Shown here one piece after another: positions 56,730 through 64,000 of a stretch of DNA of 64,000 nt. The notes below the pieces were generated by a model. That model was not told the DNA's origin. It searched no databases and was given only the letters and a program-made list of their open reading frames with translations. The stretch spans positions 1 through 64,000 of the forward strand of contig JACWAF010000029.1 of the NCBI GenBank assembly GCA_014874185.1, read 5' to 3'. The first letter of the stretch is position 1. Every line of letters begins with the position of its first letter. The stretch comes from Nitrospirota bacterium. Its GTDB lineage: Bacteria; Nitrospirota; Thermodesulfovibrionia; Thermodesulfovibrionales; JdFR-88. The position numbers were made by a program, and so were the translations under genes.

Positions 56730-56869
56730 TGCTGGTTCAAGTTTGCAACTTGAACCCATAGTTAGTTTTCAGAACACGAATTTTCGGGTTCAGGTTACAA
56801 ACCTGAACCCGCCAAGAGTTCTTTCTTTTGCTACTTTTCTTTCTTGCAAGAAAGAAAAGTAGATCATTA
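56730..56869. repeat. Two GGTTCARGTTTGYAACYTGAACC-type palindromes (about 56735-56757 and 56777-56803) plus solo hairpin element H (56838-56869) that overlaps the prfA stop codon
   Basis: ggttcaagtttgcaacttgaacc, gggttcaggttacaaacctgaaccc and ctacttttctttcttgcaagaaagaaaagtag. Confidence 0.8.
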
Positions 56870-57952
56870 GGCCCCTTCCAAAGCCGATACTTCCTTCAGC
56901 TTCTCGGTCTGGAAGTGCGCGATGAGGGCGTCTATCATCTCGTCCAGATCACCCTCCAGAAAGCGGTCAAGCTTGTATAAAGTTAGACCTATGCGGTGGT
57001 CCGAGACCCTGTTCTGGGGGAAGTTGTATGTCCTGATGCGCTGGCTGCGGTCGCCCGTGCCTATCTGGGACTTGCGCTCCTGGGCGCGCTCGCGCTCCAG
57101 CCGCTCCTGCTCCAGTTCATAAAGTTTCGCGCGCAAGACCTTCATGGCCTTGTCCTTGTTCTTTATCTGCGAGCGCTCGTCCTGGCACTGCACCATGATG
57201 CCCGTTGGGATATGCACGATGCGCACCGCGGAGTAGGTCGTGTTCACGCCCTGTCCACCGGGCCCCGATGCGCAAAACGTGTCCACGCGCAGGTCTTTTT
57301 CCTCCACCTTGATGTCCACGTCCTCGGCCTCGGGTAATACCGCCACGGTTGCCGCAGATGTATGTATCCTGCCCGATGCCTCGGTGAGGGGCACGCGTTG
57401 CACCCTGTGCACGCCGCTTTCGTATTTCAGGCGGCTGAAGGCCCCGCGCCCCTGTATGGAGGCGATCACCTCTTTTATCCCCCCGATGCCGGTTGCGTTT
57501 ATGTCTATCACTTCAACCTTCCAGCGGCGGCTCTCGGCGTATTTGGTGTACATGCGGAAGAGGTCCGCCCCGAAGAGGGCCGCCTCGTCTCCGCCCGTGC
57601 CCGCCCGGATTTCAAGGATCACGTTCCGTTCATCACGCTTGTCCTTGGGGATGAGCATCAGGGTAAGCTCTTTTTCCATTTCGGGCCGCTCTTTTTTAAG
57701 CTCCTCCAGTTCGGCCTCGGCCAGTTTGCGAAGCTCCTCGTCACCGGCCTCCAGAAGGTCTTCCGCGTCCTGCATCTCGGTGAGGAGCTTTTTGTATTTT
57801 CTTATCTCCTCCACGATGGGATACAGCTCTGCCTGCTCTCGCGAAATCTTTAAAAACACCTCGCGGTTTGAGATGATGTCCGGCCTGGAGAGGTCGGCCG
57901 TGAGTTCCTCGTATTTATCTTCCAGGGTTTTCAGGTTATCAAGAAACGCCAA
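56867..57952 (-). CDS. prfA: Peptide chain release factor 1
   Basis: PxT-type RF1 motifs and the GGQ motif ([24 protein letters not shown]). Confidence 0.95.
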   Translation of the reverse strand: MAFLDNLKTLEDKYEELTADLSRPDIISNREVFLKISREQAELYPIVEEIRKYKKLLTEMQDAEDLLEAGDEELRKLAEAELEELKKERPEMEKELTLMLIPKDKRDERNVILEIRAGTGGDEAALFGADLFRMYTKYAESRRWKVEVIDINATGIGGIKEVIASIQGRGAFSRLKYESGVHRVQRVPLTEASGRIHTSAATVAVLPEAEDVDIKVEEKDLRVDTFCASGPGGQGVNTTYSAVRIVHIPTGIMVQCQDERSQIKNKDKAMKVLRAKLYELEQERLERERAQERKSQIGTGDRSQRIRTYNFPQNRVSDHRIGLTLYKLDRFLEGDLDEMIDALIAHFQTEKLKEVSALEGA

Positions 57953-57957
57953 ACTTT

Positions 57958-58815
57958 TTACTCCTCCAGTGCTATTACGCTTTCAAATGCCTTCAGGGCA
58001 ACCTCAATCTGGCTCGCGTCCGGCTCGCGGGTGGTGAGCCTCTGCAGGGCAAGCCCTGGCGTCAGTATAAATCCCAGCGCCGATCCGGCCTTCACCCTTG
58101 CGCTTGCCTTAAGCGTCTCGTAGGATATCCCGGCTATAAGCGGGATGAGGATTACCCTTGAAAGGAATTTATACAGTATGGGCCAGCCATGCGGGATAAG
58201 CGAAAATACCAGTATGCTTATCACCATCACTATCAGTAAAAAACTGGTGCCGCAGCGCGGGTGCTGCGGGCTGCACGCCACGATGCGGGTCTGCGACATG
58301 TCCCCGGCCTCGTAGGCGTGTATCACTTTATGTTCCGCCCCGTGATACTCGAATACCCGCCGCATCTCCTTCCAGAGGCCGATTATCCAGATATAGGCCA
58401 AAAACAGCCCCACCCTTATAAGCCCGTCAACAAGGTTGAAGACAAGGCCGCTTTTTGCGATAAGCGGGAAGAGATGCCCCAGGAGTTTTGTGGCATAAAG
58501 GGGCAGGAAAAGAAACAGCCCTATGCCTATGGCGAAAGAGCTTATAAGTGTGACCCCCATCACAAAGGGGTTTATGGGCTTTTCTTCATCGGCGCTCACC
58601 TGGGCGGAGTACTCCAGGGCCTTCATACCCAGTATGAGAGTATGGAAGAGGATTATGAACCCGCGCACCAGGAAGACTTTTTCTATCTTCCGGGATTTAA
58701 GGGGCTCCTGCTTTATGCGTATCCCGCCCTTCGGGTCGCGCACGGCAACTGCCCAACCCTTGCGGCTTTTGAACATCACGCCCTCGATTACTGCCTGTCC
58801 GCCTATCGCCTGCAT
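57958..58815 (-). CDS. DUF1385 (YqhQ-like) membrane protein
   Basis: Its position upstream of prfA is conserved. [13 protein letters not shown]...[10 protein letters not shown]... Confidence 0.7.
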   Translation of the reverse strand: MQAIGGQAVIEGVMFKSRKGWAVAVRDPKGGIRIKQEPLKSRKIEKVFLVRGFIILFHTLILGMKALEYSAQVSADEEKPINPFVMGVTLISSFAIGIGLFLFLPLYATKLLGHLFPLIAKSGLVFNLVDGLIRVGLFLAYIWIIGLWKEMRRVFEYHGAEHKVIHAYEAGDMSQTRIVACSPQHPRCGTSFLLIVMVISILVFSLIPHGWPILYKFLSRVILIPLIAGISYETLKASARVKAGSALGFILTPGLALQRLTTREPDASQIEVALKAFESVIALEE

Positions 58816-58888
58816 AAAAAATTATTCATATATTCTGGGCGCAAAAAGGCCGCCTTGGCTGAAACGGACAAGACGGCCTTTTATGTAT

Positions 58889-59099
58889 CTAGCTTTCTTT
58901 GGTCTTTTTTTCGTATTTCTTCCTGAACTTCTCGACGCGGCCCTCGGCGTCCACGATCTTCTGCTTGCCGGTGAAGAACGGATGGCACTTGGAGCAGATG
59001 TCAACGCGGATCTCCGGGACGGTCGAGCGGGTCGTGAAGACTTCCCCGCAGGCGCAGACCACCTTCGCCTCTTTATAGTCCGGATGTATACCTTGCTTC
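58889..59099 (-). CDS. rpmE: 50S ribosomal protein L31 (zinc-binding type). TTG start after a GGAGGAG RBS.
   Basis: [47 protein letters not shown]. Confidence 0.85.
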
Positions 59100-59345
59100 A
59101 AAGCCGTACTCCTCCCTTTGGTGTTTATCGATATATTGTAATGGAAATGACGGGTGAAAGGCAAGGGGAGGGTAATTGGTAGTGATAAACTTGAAATTTA
59201 ATAAAGATTATGAATAGGACTAACAATTAATAATATAATAAATGTTTTATTCCGAAGCTGAAATTCCTTTGCTCTTCGCGGACTTCTTGTAATAAATAAG
59301 TATTTCGGTTATTCTAGAGAAAACAACTTCTCTAGCGGAGGATCT

Positions 59346-59669
59346 ATGTTCAGCATTACAGAAACAGCGGCTGACAAGGCCAAAGAACTCCTGAAAGCCG
59401 AGGGAAAGGAAGATTGCGGCCTCAGGGTTTACATGATGCAAAGCGGCGGTTGAGGGTGCGGCCCTTCCTATGGAATAGGAATAGAAGAAAAAGGCTCGTC
59501 GGGGGACAATATAATAGAAAAGAACGGGCTTAAGGTTTACCTGGACACTAACGCCTCCGAGAAACTGAAGGACATGGAGATGGATTACGTCGAGGACACG
59601 GGCGGCTCCGGTTTCGTGCTGAAGGGCGGGCAACCCTCATCCAGCGACTGCGGAAGCTGCGGCCACTGA
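59346..59669 (+). CDS. HesB/IscA-like small selenoprotein candidate with an in-frame TGA at 59451-59453. Not present in the ORF track.
   Basis: Reading through the TGA from a GGAGG RBS and ATG gives [50 protein letters not shown]...[18 protein letters not shown]. The IscA-like architecture is kept, with Sec at the first conserved Cys position and a C-terminal CGSCG. A hairpin UUCCUAU-GGA-AUAGGAA starts 12 nt after the UGA. Confidence 0.55.
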
Positions 59670-59670
59670 G

Positions 59671-60642
59671 ATGTTTCCCATCGAGAGACCGCGCAGGCTT
59701 AGAAAAAACGAAACGATCCGGAGGATGCTGAGGGAGACCACCCTCAGCCCTTCGGATTTTATTTATCCCCTCTTCGTAACCGAGGGCAGGGGCGTCCGCA
59801 AGGAGGTCTCCTCGATGCCCGGCTGCTACCAGGAATCGATTGACGAGGCCGTAAAGAACGTAAAAGAAACCTGGTCACTGGGCGTGCCCGCGATAATCCT
59901 CTTCGGCATCCCAGAGCACAAGGACGACCTGGGCTCCGGCGCCTATGACGAAAACGGCATAATCCAGCGGGCCATAAAGGAAATAAAGAGTGCCGTCCCT
60001 GACATCTATCTGATAACCGATGTCTGCCTCTGCGAGTACACAAGCCACGGCCACTGCGGCGTGATAGAGGGCGGAGAGGTGCAGAACGACCGGACGGTGG
60101 AACTCCTTGTAAAAGAGTCCCTCTCGCATGCCAGGGCCGGTGCGGACATGGTGGCCCCTTCCGATATGATGGACGGCAGGGTGGGCGCTATAAGGGACGC
60201 CCTGGACGACGAAGGTTTTTCGAATATCCCGGTGATGAGCTACGCGGCAAAGTACGCATCGGGTTTTTACGGCCCGTTCCGCGAGGCCGCGGAATCCACC
60301 CCGCAGTTCGGCGACAGGCGCTCCTACCAGATGGACCCCCCTAACAGGCGCGAGGCCCTCAGGGAGGTGGCCCTGGACATAGAGGAAGGCGCGGACATCG
60401 TTATGGTGAAGCCCGCGCTTGCCTACCTCGATGTAATCTCAGACGTGCGCTCCGCCTTCGACGTGCCCGTTGCGGCCTACAACGTAAGCGGCGAGTACAG
60501 TCTTGTGAAGGCCGCGGGCCGCCTGGGCTGGATAGACGAGGAGCGTGTCATGATGGAATCCCTAATCTCCATAAAACGCGCCGGTGCGGACCTCATCCTT
60601 ACCTACTTCGCCAAAGACGCAGCCAAAGTCCTGAACAGATAG
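59671..60642 (+). CDS. hemB: Porphobilinogen synthase (delta-aminolevulinic acid dehydratase)
   Basis: RPRRLR...[14 protein letters not shown]...active-site lysines...VKPALAYLD. Confidence 0.95.
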   Translation: MFPIERPRRLRKNETIRRMLRETTLSPSDFIYPLFVTEGRGVRKEVSSMPGCYQESIDEAVKNVKETWSLGVPAIILFGIPEHKDDLGSGAYDENGIIQRAIKEIKSAVPDIYLITDVCLCEYTSHGHCGVIEGGEVQNDRTVELLVKESLSHARAGADMVAPSDMMDGRVGAIRDALDDEGFSNIPVMSYAAKYASGFYGPFREAAESTPQFGDRRSYQMDPPNRREALREVALDIEEGADIVMVKPALAYLDVISDVRSAFDVPVAAYNVSGEYSLVKAAGRLGWIDEERVMMESLISIKRAGADLILTYFAKDAAKVLNR

Positions 60643-60655
60643 CCTTTTAAGCGAC

Positions 60656-61204
60656 TCACTGGGCGGGAGCGGTTGCCGCGCCCGGTTTGTGGACTTTGCT
60701 CCTCTTATGGATCATCTTCCTCGAAGGCTCAAGCTGGCCCCTGATTTCTCCATTGGGGTGCGCCTTCGTGTGCACGTTCACAAACGTACCGCCTTTTTCC
60801 ATCTCTGCAACCAGGTCGGCAATGGTCTTGCCCTGCATGGGGCCGCTCAGGTCTGAGGCGTTGACTATTCCACTGGCCAGGATGCCGCTGAAGGTTCCGG
60901 TCTTCTCTGGTCCTGGGAAGAGGGTCGCCACTGGAGGGCCTTCCTTGCCCCTGGGAGCCAGATGGATATGCGCCGCCGTGATGTCTTTTATGTTTTTCAC
61001 GCGGACAACGTAGTGAAGCGTTTTGCCGTCCTTGGATTCGATTACGACCGCACTGCCCACGGCCCTCGTCTTCACCGCCGGGGTCTCCTGTTTGCCGGTC
61101 AGTTTGGCGGTGAATTTCTTCTCCGCGGCCAGGCCCGTCGCGACCAGCGCAAGGCTTGCGAAAAGGGCCGCTAAAGCGAGCAAAATCCAATGTGTCTTTT
61201 TCAT
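60656..61204 (-). CDS. Secreted CHRD-domain protein
   Basis: Signal peptide. F.A.L.G..E.P...GSA......ITAAHIHLAPRG..GP are CHRD motifs. Confidence 0.7.
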   Translation of the reverse strand: MKKTHWILLALAALFASLALVATGLAAEKKFTAKLTGKQETPAVKTRAVGSAVVIESKDGKTLHYVVRVKNIKDITAAHIHLAPRGKEGPPVATLFPGPEKTGTFSGILASGIVNASDLSGPMQGKTIADLVAEMEKGGTFVNVHTKAHPNGEIRGQLEPSRKMIHKRSKVHKPGAATAPAQ

Positions 61205-61395
61205 TTTGTCCTCCTTTTCGGGATTGTGATTCCTGGATGGAGACTGCCGGATGGATTTCCCTGTTTACTAAATGTTTAGTATAGATGCGAAGGGCTGTCA
61301 AGCAGGGTCTAAAGCCCTACTTATGACCTTGGTGCCGGACTTTACGCTTTTTTATCAGCCACATGATCTCAAGGCCGTCCATGTTGGGACATCTT

Positions 61396-63051
61396 TCACC
61401 CTGTTTTGACCGGCTGGCATGGAAGCTTTATCGAGAAGCTGGTGCCCTTGCCAAACTGGCTCTTAACTATGATCTCGCCGCCGTGGCGCTTTATAATGCC
61501 GTAGCTTACCGAGAGCCCAAGGCCGGTGCCCTTGCCCACGGGCTTTGTTGTGAAGAAGGGCTCGAAGACCTTGCCCATGTGGGCCTCGGGTATGCCGGGG
61601 CCGGTGTCGGCGAATTCGATCTCCAGTATGTCCCTGTCCTCATTGTCTTTGTTCACGCGGGTGGCTATGGTGATCGTGCCCTTGTCGTTCATGGCGTCGG
61701 CCGCGTTTATTATCAGGTTCAGGAAGACCTGCTGGAGCTGGTTGGGGTCGGCCGTGAGGAGGGGCAGGTAGGGGGCCAGGCGCATGTCGAATTTTATGTT
61801 ATGGAACCGGGCCTGGTTTATTACCATCGAGACCGTGCTGTCCACGAGGTCGTTCATGTTCACGGCGGCTATTTCGGGGCCGGTCCTGCGGGCGAAGCCG
61901 AGGAGGCCCTTTATGATCTTCGAGCACCTGGTGGCCTGCTCTATAATCATCTCCAGGTCCTCGTGGGCCTGTTTGTCGGCCGGGTGGGTGCGCTCTTTGA
62001 GGAGGTGCGCAAAGGTGACCACGCCGGTAAGGGGGCTGTTCAGCTCGTGGGCCACCCCGGCGGCCATACGGCCCAGGGAGGCGAGCTTTTCGGCGTTCAG
62101 GAGTTCTTCCTGGGCCTTCATTATATCCTCGGTCTTCTTCTTTACCTCTTCCTCCAGTGAATGAGTGAAGTACTCCATGTGCTGCCTGTAGCGGCTTATG
62201 TCCTGCGCCATCTGGTTGAAGGTCTGGGCCAGGAGCCCCATCTCATCCTGAGTATTTATTTTTATGGGCTCGTCCAGCTCGCCTTTGGCTATTCTTTTCA
62301 TGCCCGCTTCAAGGAGGGCCACGGGTTTCGAAACGAAATTGTACAGGATGATGCAGAGGGAGAGGGAGATGGCAAAGACGAAGAGCCCTATCAAAAGGAG
62401 AGTGATAACGCGGTTCTGCTTTATGACTTTGTCCACATCGGAAGTGGAGAAGCCGGCTTCAAGGACGCCCAGCACCTTCTGTTCCGGCTTGTGGAAGTGG
62501 CAGGCCGCGCTGAAGCAGCGGGATTCGTTCATGATTGGGACCGAGTAGCTGAGGGTCCCGGTCTTTTCGGCCTCCTGAATATCCGTTGTAATGGGTATGC
62601 TGAGGTGGTTTGCCAGCTCGTCCCCGCTGTAAGGGACCTTGCCCAGCTCCCTGCGGTCGGAGGCATAGGCCACCTGGCCGGTTGAGTTCAGGACCCGTAT
62701 GAACCGGACGTTCCTTTCCGTCCCCAGCACGTCAAGGTTCTGCTGGATGGCCTCCCTCTGCGCCGTGAGCATGCCGTAATCTATCCCGCGCTTTACAAGC
62801 TGGGTGGAGGACGAGGCGAAGTTGGTCAGGTTTTTCAGAAGGAGCCGTTTCTGATAGCTTATGAAGGAATAGCCCAGCAGAAGGGTGCATATGGTCATCA
62901 GGAGACCTACTCTCAAGATCAGCTTTCCGGCGAGGGAATGGACGGATTTCCTGACTTTAACCATATTCCAGGCTATTTTATCATACCCCCGCGCGCTTAT
63001 GTAGGCCGCTTCCCATTTTATGAAGCCCGTTACATAGCGGGCGTGCCTCAA
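61396..63051 (-). CDS. Sensor histidine kinase (transmembrane sensor, HAMP, HisKA, HATPase_c)
   Basis: HAMP (LAQTFNQMAQDISRY), H-box (MAAGVAHELNSPL) and G-boxes (DTGPGIPEAHMGKVFEPFFTTK...GTGLGLSVS). Confidence 0.85.
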   Translation of the reverse strand: MRHARYVTGFIKWEAAYISARGYDKIAWNMVKVRKSVHSLAGKLILRVGLLMTICTLLLGYSFISYQKRLLLKNLTNFASSSTQLVKRGIDYGMLTAQREAIQQNLDVLGTERNVRFIRVLNSTGQVAYASDRRELGKVPYSGDELANHLSIPITTDIQEAEKTGTLSYSVPIMNESRCFSAACHFHKPEQKVLGVLEAGFSTSDVDKVIKQNRVITLLLIGLFVFAISLSLCIILYNFVSKPVALLEAGMKRIAKGELDEPIKINTQDEMGLLAQTFNQMAQDISRYRQHMEYFTHSLEEEVKKKTEDIMKAQEELLNAEKLASLGRMAAGVAHELNSPLTGVVTFAHLLKERTHPADKQAHEDLEMIIEQATRCSKIIKGLLGFARRTGPEIAAVNMNDLVDSTVSMVINQARFHNIKFDMRLAPYLPLLTADPNQLQQVFLNLIINAADAMNDKGTITIATRVNKDNEDRDILEIEFADTGPGIPEAHMGKVFEPFFTTKPVGKGTGLGLSVSYGIIKRHGGEIIVKSQFGKGTSFSIKLPCQPVKTG

Positions 63052-63116
63052 TAACGAAAGCCCGCGTTTTAATTGCTTTTTAAAACAGGCACTCCTTTTG
63101 CTTCTTTTCGCTGGTT

Positions 63117-63884
63117 ATGACTGGAAATAGTCTTCGGAAAAAGTTATGGCTTCTTCTGCCCGGCCGTCTGCGGCGGGAAGAAGGCTTTTCACTGGTAGAG
63201 ATGCTTGTGGCCATGTCCATCTTCGCCATCGGCATTCTTGGCGTGATCGGGATGCAGCTTTATGCCATAGGGGGCAATTCCTTCGCATGGAACACAAGCC
63301 TTGCGGAACAAATAGCCCAGCAGAAGATAGAGTACCTGAAGAGCCTGAATTATTACGCCATAAAAGGCATGTATTTCGGGATAGGCAATGCGGCAAACGG
63401 GGGATATCCAAGCCAGGTAAGCCTGACCGATCTGCCGCAGGTTGACAGGAAAGACCTCATTGCCGCGAACACCAACGGCACTATCGACGGATGTGTGAAC
63501 GGATGCGACCACGACAACGCTCTTTTTGTAACCGCCCCCGTTCTTCCCGGCTATGACGACGGCAACACTTTTTATGTGGACAGGGAGAATTACCAGAACG
63601 GCACGTCGATGTGCAACGCCACGTCGGGCAACGGGATACGCAGGGACCCGAACAAGACGATGTACGATGACGACGGGCAACACTGTAACGCACCGCCTTT
63701 CGACCGCTTCAGGAGGGTGACCATCATAAAGGTCATAGACGGGGTGAATGCCGAGAACAACGGCGGCGTGGATGACAATGTGGATGACTGCATGGCTATC
63801 ATAAAGGTGCTTGTCTATTGGAAGGACTCTAAAGGTGTGGAGCACAGGGTCTCCATGATGACCACGAAGGCTTTGGGAGGCTGA
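63117..63884 (+). CDS. Prepilin-type N-terminal cleavage/methylation domain protein (PilV-like minor pilin). Start uncertain.
   Basis: GFSLVEMLVAMSIFAIGILGV is a class III signal. It is followed by a Cys-rich globular domain. Confidence 0.65.
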   Translation: MTGNSLRKKLWLLLPGRLRREEGFSLVEMLVAMSIFAIGILGVIGMQLYAIGGNSFAWNTSLAEQIAQQKIEYLKSLNYYAIKGMYFGIGNAANGGYPSQVSLTDLPQVDRKDLIAANTNGTIDGCVNGCDHDNALFVTAPVLPGYDDGNTFYVDRENYQNGTSMCNATSGNGIRRDPNKTMYDDDGQHCNAPPFDRFRRVTIIKVIDGVNAENNGGVDDNVDDCMAIIKVLVYWKDSKGVEHRVSMMTTKALGG

Positions 63885-63889
63885 AACCG

Positions 63890-64000
63890 ATGCGGGGAAG
63901 AAAGGGATACACGCTGGTGGAACTGCTGGTCGCGATGGCCATATTCGTCATCGCCATCGCCCTGATATACGGCATATTCATAGCGGCAAAAAGGATCCAG
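63890..64000 (+). CDS. Prepilin-type protein (PilW/minor-pilin-like), truncated by the window end
   Basis: MRGRKGYTLVELLVAMAIFVIAIALIYG. Confidence 0.6.
   Translation, partial: MRGRKGYTLVELLVAMAIFVIAIALIYGIFIAAKRIQ

Noticed and set aside
59247-59633. 128-aa minus-strand ORF opposite the HesB-like selenoprotein candidate
   Set aside because: No motifs and no RBS. The plus-strand reading with UGA read-through gives a coherent IscA-like protein.

Overview
This is a GC-rich bacterial chromosomal window whose gene content and split atpBE operon suggest a deltaproteobacterium-like or similar anaerobe. It contains four things worth attention.

Gene content, in order:
- modABC molybdate/tungstate transporter (1-2.4 kb).
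- A selenocysteine (in-frame UGA) formate dehydrogenase alpha subunit, which the ORF track splits in two (2.4-5.2 kb).
- A 16-gene gas-vesicle (gvp) cluster (5.4-16.8 kb).
- A ~5 kb decayed integrative islet inserted at tRNA-Lys(CUU) (16.8-22.0 kb).
- Housekeeping genes: a sigma-54 activator, mtnP, tldD, lpxC, nfo, rmuC, rarA, ugd, a radical SAM protein, rng, larE-like, a transaldolase, a multiheme cytochrome c, hisI, pyrF, atpBE, prmC, prfA, rpmE, hemB, two sensor kinases and prepilin-like genes at the end.

Four points stand out:
- The gvp cluster carries an ArsA/GET3-like ATPase, a double-ring CDC48-like AAA+ ATPase, an Hsp20 (GvpH-like) and a GvpF/L fused to a J-domain. This looks like a dedicated proteostasis module for gas-vesicle assembly. 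The cluster also has a GvpJ-GvpK fusion and a pair of paralogous coiled-coil proteins sitting where gvpC usually lies.
- A small HesB/IscA-like selenoprotein with an in-frame UGA and a downstream hairpin lies upstream of hemB. The ORF track misses it.
- A dispersed family of AT-rich palindromic hairpin elements (core TTCTCTTGTAAGAGAA) occurs in many intergenic regions from 37 to 57 kb. The bases flanking the core differ between copies but stay complementary. Several copies form inverted pairs that bracket single genes.
- Several other short palindromic repeat families occur in intergenic regions.
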